From contig OY762825.2 in NCBI GenBank assembly GCA_963666425.2, positions 1,888,001-1,952,000 of the forward strand: DNA of 64,000 nt, given 5' to 3'. The first letter of the stretch is position 1. Each line of letters begins with the position of its first letter. Source of the DNA: Bacillota bacterium. GTDB taxonomy: Bacteria; Bacillota; JAAYKD01. The position numbers were made by a program, and so were the translations under genes. Below are positions 57,552-64,000 of the stretch, one piece after another. The notes under the pieces are model-generated. The model did no database searches and was not told the DNA's origin. It saw only the letters and a list, made by a program, of their open reading frames with translations.

Positions 57552-59306
57552 TTACCGGTGTTCCTGGCGGCAGAGCGCATCCAGCCAGGCTTGTTCATAC
57601 ACTTGCTGCGGCCAGCTTGCCTGCGCCAGGGGGCGGCCCCGCAGATCCAGCATCAAACCGCTTAAGCCACCGCGGACGGTGACGCGCAGTTTGTCCAGCG
57701 GCCATCTGGCGCCGTTATGAGCGGAAATTTGCAGTTGGACCGTTTCTTCTTTGCTGAGTGGAACGGCCAGTAATTCACCCCAGTGCCCTTCCACTTTGAT
57801 TTCACGGCCACTGTCCGTTTTGCCCTGCACAATCAGGGCGGTTTGCCCGAGTACTCCGCTGCCTGCCGGTGCCAATGCACAGCCGAGCGGAATCAGGCAT
57901 TCCCTTTCTAAGATATCCAGCGCCCCAACTTCATCGTTCTGCGAGAAAATTCCCAGGTGCGGCAGCATAAAGACCGAATCGACCATCAGTTCGGTCACGC
58001 CTTCCGGCTGAAAAGCATCCAGCAGCATCGCTGCGGCTTGTCCACGTTCCGGCGCATTGGAGAGGACACCGCCGGAGCCGATGATGGTATCGAAAACATC
58101 AATGGAGAGTTCCTGGCTGGCATCGGTTAAGCCATTGGAGAAGAGACCTTTGGGTTTCTGAATCTTGGCAATGGCGCGGTGATCTTCAAAAGAGAGCCGC
58201 AGCGCTTCGCGGCCGGCAGCCTGTTCTACCTGCAAGTCTTCCGCTGTGGCGGGAATGGTGGTGGGATAAATCAATTTATTACCGATCCGGTTCATCATCG
58301 CCGCTGCTGTCAGATTTTGATTGGGCAGCCAGCGCATCAGATTTTCCACACCGGCGGTCGTGGCAACGTTGCCGATGCTGTAACTCATCCCGTAATTGGC
58401 GCTGACCGTGCGCACATAAAAACCATTGACGACGGAAAAAACATCGGTGGTGGCGCCACCGATATCGACGCAGAGAATATTCTTGCGCCGATGACTGGCG
58501 TAGCGCATCAGGATTTCACCGACTGCGGTAGGCGTCGGCATTAAGGGCGTCGTGGTGATTTCCTTGAGCCGGGCATAACCGGGAGCATGCGACATGACAT
58601 GCTCGATGAACAATTCATGAATCGCTTCTCTGGTCGGCGTCAGGTTCTCTTCCTGAAAAGAAGGCCGCAGATTATCGACCACTTTTAAAGCGAATTGCTC
58701 ACCCAAGAGATCCTCCACCAAATCAACGGCTTTCGAGGTACCGGCATAGATGATGGGCAGGGTGTACTGATAACCGAATTTTGGTTTTGGCTGAGCCGAA
58801 CGGATAAAATCGCACATTTCGATGATGAAAGAACCCGGCTCGGCGCCTTCTACACCGCCGGACAAGAGAATCATGTCTGGACGCAGGGTACGCAGGCGTT
58901 CCATGCGTTGGAAGAGTGTCCGCCCGTCATCCGCAGCAAAGACATCCAAAAGCACAGCGCCGCCGCCCAACGCGGCTCGCTGAGCGCTTTCCGCCGAAAT
59001 ACGGCTGACATGTCCGCAGACGACCATTTGCAGGCCGCCGCCGGCAGAACTGGTGGAGAGATACTGATCGGTGGTTGGCGTCAGTCCTTGACCGGTATCC
59101 TGCAGAAGTTTGCGGCCGCTGCGGTCTTCCAGCATCTGGATCGCACGCAGGACGCCAATCATCACGTCGGCGTAAGGCGCTTCTACGGTAGTAGCCGATT
59201 CTCCCCGGCTGAGCAGGTGCCACTTATTTTCTATTTTTTCAAACAACAGCGCTTTGGTGGTTGTGCTGCCAACATCGGTGATAATTATGGTTTCATGCTC
59301 GGACAT
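57552..59306 (-). CDS. GlmL ('glutamate mutase L', mutase-reactivase-like) ASKHA ATPase with C-terminal extension
   Basis: DVGSTTTKA, TTVEAP..DV, TSSAGGGL, PDMILLSGG, MPTP, DIGGATTDVFS, RTVSANYGMSYS, C-terminal GG..GLMLDLRGRPL. Confidence 0.85.
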   Translation of the reverse strand: MSEHETIIITDVGSTTTKALLFEKIENKWHLLSRGESATTVEAPYADVMIGVLRAIQMLEDRSGRKLLQDTGQGLTPTTDQYLSTSSAGGGLQMVVCGHVSRISAESAQRAALGGGAVLLDVFAADDGRTLFQRMERLRTLRPDMILLSGGVEGAEPGSFIIEMCDFIRSAQPKPKFGYQYTLPIIYAGTSKAVDLVEDLLGEQFALKVVDNLRPSFQEENLTPTREAIHELFIEHVMSHAPGYARLKEITTTPLMPTPTAVGEILMRYASHRRKNILCVDIGGATTDVFSVVNGFYVRTVSANYGMSYSIGNVATTAGVENLMRWLPNQNLTAAAMMNRIGNKLIYPTTIPATAEDLQVEQAAGREALRLSFEDHRAIAKIQKPKGLFSNGLTDASQELSIDVFDTIIGSGGVLSNAPERGQAAAMLLDAFQPEGVTELMVDSVFMLPHLGIFSQNDEVGALDILERECLIPLGCALAPAGSGVLGQTALIVQGKTDSGREIKVEGHWGELLAVPLSKEETVQLQISAHNGARWPLDKLRVTVRGGLSGLMLDLRGRPLAQASWPQQVYEQAWLDALCRQEHR

Positions 59307-60133
59307 GCTACAGCCACTCCTTTCGCATTTTGTTGCTCAGAATATTGATACTTTTCCCAAAAAGCCTCATGATCTCCATACAAGACCAGACTGCCTTTGA
59401 ATTGAACACTTTTCTTACCAAAACCGAAGCGACCGAGAAAACTGGTTTGCTGCTGTTCCAGCTCCAGCAAATGATTTTCCTGCAGCTTTTGCCAAAGGGC
59501 AGCGGCGATTTCCTGAAAGAGCGAAACCAATTGCTGCGCTGTGAAGGATTGTTCCGCCGCCTGGCGGACAGTTAGGCTGACTTTTTCCCGCAGCAATTCG
59601 GCAGCGAAGGACCAGGCAACCCATTGCGCCGCCAACTGTCCTGTGCTGATGCGGGGAATTGCCACAGCGACATCATTGCTGGCGGTATAACCAAAATGAT
59701 ACAAAATGTCGTTGCCTTTACTGTAGACTACTAATTTTCCCGCTTCATCCATTGTCCGCATCATCTGCATAAAGGCAGGCTGCCGCAGTTCTCCCAGCAG
59801 TTTCTGATTTTGCACCAGGCCGGGCGCCTGAATATGGATCAAAGCCACCTTGCTGCCATAAGGTAGGCCCAGGCAAAGCCAGGGCACCGGGTGGCTGGAT
59901 GCGTCTTTCAGATCGGTTGCCTGCAGCTTCTCCGGGATCGGACAACCGGCTGCTGCACAAGCCTGCAGCCAGAGCGGCCAGAGCTGCATTTGGATTCCGG
60001 CGAATCCGACCAAGCCGCTGAAGAGGGCGGCATCGGCAGGGAATTTTTCTTGTTTTATTTTCAGCAGCGCAGGCGTCCAGAGCTCAGCGAAAGTCCCCAC
60101 TGCTGCATCTTTATCCAATATCAAAGTGATCAC
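59285..60133 (-). CDS. Hypothetical protein in the GlmL operon
   Basis: Long ORF tightly packed between its neighbours; no family recognised. Confidence 0.7.
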   Translation of the reverse strand: MITLILDKDAAVGTFAELWTPALLKIKQEKFPADAALFSGLVGFAGIQMQLWPLWLQACAAAGCPIPEKLQATDLKDASSHPVPWLCLGLPYGSKVALIHIQAPGLVQNQKLLGELRQPAFMQMMRTMDEAGKLVVYSKGNDILYHFGYTASNDVAVAIPRISTGQLAAQWVAWSFAAELLREKVSLTVRQAAEQSFTAQQLVSLFQEIAAALWQKLQENHLLELEQQQTSFLGRFGFGKKSVQFKGSLVLYGDHEAFWEKYQYSEQQNAKGVAVACPSMKP

Positions 60134-60134
60134 C

Positions 60135-61427
60135 TCATAATTTCTGGCAATTCTGTACCGGTACCGCCAGGCATTCGCCCTGATCCAATTGAATCAAAGC
60201 AAGCGAGGCATTGGTCCCGGCAGCGGTTGCCTGTAAATCTGCACTAATGGCAGTGACGCGGCCGATTGAGCCAAAATGCGGTTCGCGGATCAGAATCACT
60301 GCGTCATTCACCTGCAGATTCAAGGCGGCAGGCGGAGCTGTTTTTGTCTCAGGCGGGATTTCTTCGGCCAAAGAGATGAGAATTTCCGGCCGAATCACTC
60401 CGGCGCGCAGCTGAGTACTGCCATCGATGGCGGTGAGCATACCGGCGTGCTCGGCCATGGCTTGATAAGCACTTTCTGGCATTGGACTGCCAAATCCCTG
60501 CATCATAATCAAAGTAAAGGGCAGTTCCATGCGTTGTCCCATGATCATTAAGGGTTCTTCGTGGCTGAATTGACGCAGAACCTCCTGGTCTAGGCTGCCT
60601 ACGACTAAACCGCTGATTTCGAGTTGTTCCAACTGACGCAGAGCTGCCAGTGTAACACCGCCACGCGCCAAGACGACACAGCCCTTGACATCATCAGGAA
60701 TATCATTGACGTCCAGATCACGTTCATCCGCTAATAGAGGCCGCAGCGGACCGACCCGTTCACTGCCAAATCCCATCACACCCTGAAAACGGTAACCAAA
60801 GCTTTCAATGACCAAAGTGCCAGTCTCCGATATTTCTTTGACCACGCCATCCAAGTGGGCCAGTAATTCGGTCGGCTGATAAAGCGGTACTAAAATCATA
60901 TAACCTTCCGTGTTGGAGATTTCCCGGATTTTACCGACGGCCGGTGCAAGAAGCGGCGGTTTCAGATTGGTAATCAAAACCCTGCCCCGATCGACAACGG
61001 TGCCTTGTTTGACAGTGATGCCGGCAGCAAAGGCGAGTTTTGACATGCCAAGTTCATCTGCCCGATACCAGATGGGATCTTTGGGTCCGGCCGGCAAAGG
61101 TTCGCGGATGAAAACGTTGCCCAAAAAGCGCGAAATCAAGGCGATATAACCGGAAGTCGGACTGAAGAGTTGGGTACTCGTATAAAACTCCCGATTTTCT
61201 GCCAGCATCTCACCCTGATTGATCCACTGATTCAAACTTTTTGTCATCTTCTTTTGAATGTTTTGCGGGTCGATGCCTAAGACATCTGCGACATTGCAGC
61301 GCACCATCTGACCGGGGATGTAGTCGAGTTTTCCAATCACATCATCATGCCGCACGTGCTGGCCGGGTTTTGCCAGTAATTGACCTTGTGCCACTAAACG
61401 GCGGGTAACTTGTAGCTTTTCTTTCAA
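60135..61427 (-). CDS. Hypothetical protein with repeated lipoyl/barrel-sandwich-like half motifs and a C-terminal KOW-like motif
   Basis: GQLLAKPGQHV, FSPTSGYI, LAPAVGKI, AHLDGVV; IDGSTQLRAGVIRPEILI; VILIREPHFGSIGRV; TTG start after GGAGG. Confidence 0.75.
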   Translation of the reverse strand: MKEKLQVTRRLVAQGQLLAKPGQHVRHDDVIGKLDYIPGQMVRCNVADVLGIDPQNIQKKMTKSLNQWINQGEMLAENREFYTSTQLFSPTSGYIALISRFLGNVFIREPLPAGPKDPIWYRADELGMSKLAFAAGITVKQGTVVDRGRVLITNLKPPLLAPAVGKIREISNTEGYMILVPLYQPTELLAHLDGVVKEISETGTLVIESFGYRFQGVMGFGSERVGPLRPLLADERDLDVNDIPDDVKGCVVLARGGVTLAALRQLEQLEISGLVVGSLDQEVLRQFSHEEPLMIMGQRMELPFTLIMMQGFGSPMPESAYQAMAEHAGMLTAIDGSTQLRAGVIRPEILISLAEEIPPETKTAPPAALNLQVNDAVILIREPHFGSIGRVTAISADLQATAAGTNASLALIQLDQGECLAVPVQNCQKL

Positions 61428-61638
61428 GCAAAAAACCTCCTGAAGTCTCGAGACTCTGCCGAAATAGAGAGCTGCCCTGCAGCCGGAATAATTCCTTCTA
61501 TAATAGAAGAAATGTAACACAGATTATTCGCTTTGACAAGGTTTTTTTATGGCAATTTCTGATATAATATGGATATCCGCAAATGTTTTTTTCAAATTTG
61601 ACCGCGTGATTTTGCCAACGAAAGGCCGGGCTGATAGG

Positions 61639-62403
61639 ATGAGAATTGATTTTTATTACTGGGGCTGTCAATGCCCGCTTAATCTGGAGATGATCGGGCT
61701 GCTGCAGCAATATCGGGATGTATTTACTGTCTCTCTGCACGATGTGACCGATGATTTTGCTCTGGCGCAGCAGCAAAAAATGTATTTTCCCACACTGACG
61801 GTGGTCGACTGCCAGGACCGCTTTTTCAGCCCCTTGAAGAAAGCGTGGCTTGATCAACTGGCAGAAGGAAAGCGTCCTACGGAACGGCCCTGGCAGATTG
61901 AGCTGGCAGTCGAACCCTACCAAGCCGAAATCACTGCTTTAACCGCAGTGAATCTGGAGATAGCCTGCCGCTGTACAGGCAAAGACTGCGCAGCCAACTG
62001 CGAAGGCAAAAGATTCTTTCTGCTGCGGCAAAAGCAGCCTATTTATGGTTTCATCCATACGGAACACGGTCTTCTGTTGGGCGGTGCTGAATATCTGCCT
62101 TCACTGCAGGTCCCTTATGCAATTCCGCACCGATCCGATACCGCCTTCTTAACCTGTTCCTATGCGGCATCGGAGAAATTTGATTATAAAACAGCGCCTT
62201 TACGGGCCCTGGAGACTTATTTGTGCGCAGAATTCCGCCAAATCATCGCCATCACAGATGAAACAGGGGTTTTTCCCAACGGTACGCTCGACTTCTTTTT
62301 AGCCAATGGCTATACCGATCAGGGTGTGATTGCGGAGGAAAGCGGTTACTGCAAATTGCATTTGGTGCAAAAACAATTACAGCAGGCAGCTGGTTCAAAA
62401 TAG
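61639..62403 (+). CDS. Hypothetical protein (thioredoxin-like CxC N-terminus plus GNAT/YoaP-like region)
   Basis: YYWGCQCP, GGAEYLPS..PY.IP, AFLTC, FF..NGY. Confidence 0.6.
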   Translation: MRIDFYYWGCQCPLNLEMIGLLQQYRDVFTVSLHDVTDDFALAQQQKMYFPTLTVVDCQDRFFSPLKKAWLDQLAEGKRPTERPWQIELAVEPYQAEITALTAVNLEIACRCTGKDCAANCEGKRFFLLRQKQPIYGFIHTEHGLLLGGAEYLPSLQVPYAIPHRSDTAFLTCSYAASEKFDYKTAPLRALETYLCAEFRQIIAITDETGVFPNGTLDFFLANGYTDQGVIAEESGYCKLHLVQKQLQQAAGSK

Positions 62404-62559
62404 AAAAGCACCGGAATTGTCAGCCTAGCAGGCCAAACAATTCCGGTGTTCCTTTTACTAAATTTTAAGCTGTTGTTTTTGGAATGTCCGCGACTTTCGT
62501 CACATCGTTCCGCTGAATATACGGGATTCGCGCCGGCGTTTTTGTTTTGCAGCCGGTCA

Positions 62560-63288
62560 CTACGTATCATGCATGTAATCCAGCTGCCATTGGGCGGTAT
62601 TCACCCGAGGCAGGCAGAATTTTCTCGGCAGTATTGGCTGCCGCAAAAAGATTGTATCAACTCCGTGGCGGTACCGCAGACTGTGTTGGGCTTGGCGGGC
62701 TAATTCAAGCTGAGCCAAGGCAATCACGCTGTTGGATACGACAACTGTGATCAGTGAATAAATCAATTTTCCCGCCGGCAGATAAACCAGGGAAAGCAAA
62801 AGAATTGCTACATCCGTCACAGTATACCAAAGAGAGATCTTTATATGAAATTTTTCCCGCATGATCAGGGCGATGGAGGCGTCTCAGCCGGATGCGGCTC
62901 CGGCTTTCAGCAGGAGTCCCTCCCCGAGACCAACAAAGAGTCCGCCCAGAACAGCTGCTGTAATCGGCACTTGGGATAAATCCGGCAGCAGCGGAGGAAA
63001 GTATCCGTAAAGTCCATAGAAAGCGGCAAAGGCAACCGAAGCCAAAAGAGAAGCGCCGGCGAATTTTTTGCCAAAAATAACAATGCCAAGCAGAATACCC
63101 AGCATGTCCAGCACGAAGCAGGTCACAGAGATTGGTATTTCAGCTCACTGATAAGTCAGGAGCGCAAGCCCTACACTGCCACCTTCCGCAATGCTGCATC
63201 TGGAATGGATATTATAAATTCCAAATGATGTGGTCGCCGCGCCCAGCAGGATTAAGCCGAGTCTGCTTAAGCGTTTTGATGAAAACAT
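62560..63288 (-). pseudogene. YitT/DUF161 family membrane protein with two in-frame TGA codons
   Basis: Fragments 63145-63351, 62884-63126 and 62560-62862 share one frame, joined as YQ*AEIPISVTC and ASG*DASIALIM. AEGGSVG and LGGLFVGLGEG motifs are present. Confidence 0.8.
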
Positions 63289-63488
63289 GATGTCAAACCC
63301 TTTCATAAATGTTATATATCGTATACGATACTTCATATTATAAAGGATCAAATTAAATTTGTCAAATTGACAAGTCGAACGGAAGTCAGCGGAAGCGAGC
63401 GGAGTCAGGCGGGAAACAGGGATAATCAGGGATTACGGCAGATTGGCAGGAAATAACAGGGATAGCCACGATTGGGCAGACTATTTGC

Positions 63489-63866
63489 TTAAGTAAAGGC
63501 ATTTTTATAATGCTGCAGATCCAGAACCATCCCGCTTTGCTTTTGCAGCCAGATGGAAACGATATCAAATTGGTATTCCGGCTCTGTTTTACACTCCAGC
63601 ATGATATAGTAGAGAGCTAAATTACGCAGCTTTTGCCGCTTTTTGGCGTTTACAGCTAAATATGCCTCGCCGAAGGCGGTACTCGTGCGGGATTTCACTT
63701 CCACAAAAATCAGGGAACTGCCGAGAGAACAAACGATATCCAGCTCTCCGATGGGGGTACGGTAATTCCTTTGCAGAATCCGATAACCAGATTTTTGCAG
63801 ATAAGCAGCGGCTGCCGCTTCGCTCAATGCCCCAATGGTTTTAGAATCCAACACGGTAAGTGACAC
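63489..63866 (-). CDS. yraN: YraN family (UPF0102) endonuclease-like protein
   Basis: G..SE..A..YL..GYRILQRNYR..GELDIV, FVEVKSR, FDIV, HYKNAF. Confidence 0.93.
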   Translation of the reverse strand: MSLTVLDSKTIGALSEAAAAAYLQKSGYRILQRNYRTPIGELDIVCSLGSSLIFVEVKSRTSTAFGEAYLAVNAKKRQKLRNLALYYIMLECKTEPEYQFDIVSIWLQKQSGMVLDLQHYKNAFT

Positions 63867-64000
63867 CTCACAGTCTCATTGAAAAAATTCCAGAAATCCA
63901 TGCCATACATCTAAAATTTAATTAGGATACGGCAGTGCTAAAAGCATCATAACTGCCAGCCAATAAGAGCCGTTACACGAACCGGCAGCCAACACTCCGG

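Noticed and set aside
57552-59306. DNA mismatch-repair MutL
   Set aside because: The motifs are ASKHA/actin-like (DxGSTTTK, DIGGATTD), not GHKL; only the family name is shared.
62560-63288. Genome-wide TGA reassignment (genetic code 4 or 25)
   Set aside because: Several conserved genes here end at TGA at their expected C-termini, and long ORFs contain no internal TGA.

Overview
A 64-kb chromosomal segment from a Bacillota (Firmicutes)-type bacterium, inferred from SLH proteins, an AddAB-type pair and sigma-A/sigma-H-like promoters. Left to right it carries: a truncated SLH protein with a YknXYZ/MacAB-like ABC exporter; peptidases (M55, S9, an HExxH protease); rnhA-NUDIX; a giant ~4,200-aa surface protein; rsgA; a three-subunit xanthine dehydrogenase-family operon; a ~5.4-kb AT-richer island; addBA; tRNA-Asp; housekeeping genes; an MBOAT/DHHW O-acylation pair; an orphan GlmL-family ATPase operon; a YitT gene with two in-frame TGA codons; and yraN. 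The giant protein is built from ~590-aa modules, each pairing SLH anchors with a conserved C-x3-H-x7-H-x2-C loop. The island (ECF sigma, anti-sigma and four exported proteins, no integrase) sits between two copies of the last 188 bp of a PadR-linked tsf. The best candidates for undescribed biology are the giant modular SLH protein, the tsf-flanked island with nested gene remnants, and the GlmL operon. No CRISPR array, transposase, integrase or reverse transcriptase was seen. All family assignments come from manual motif recognition, not database searches.
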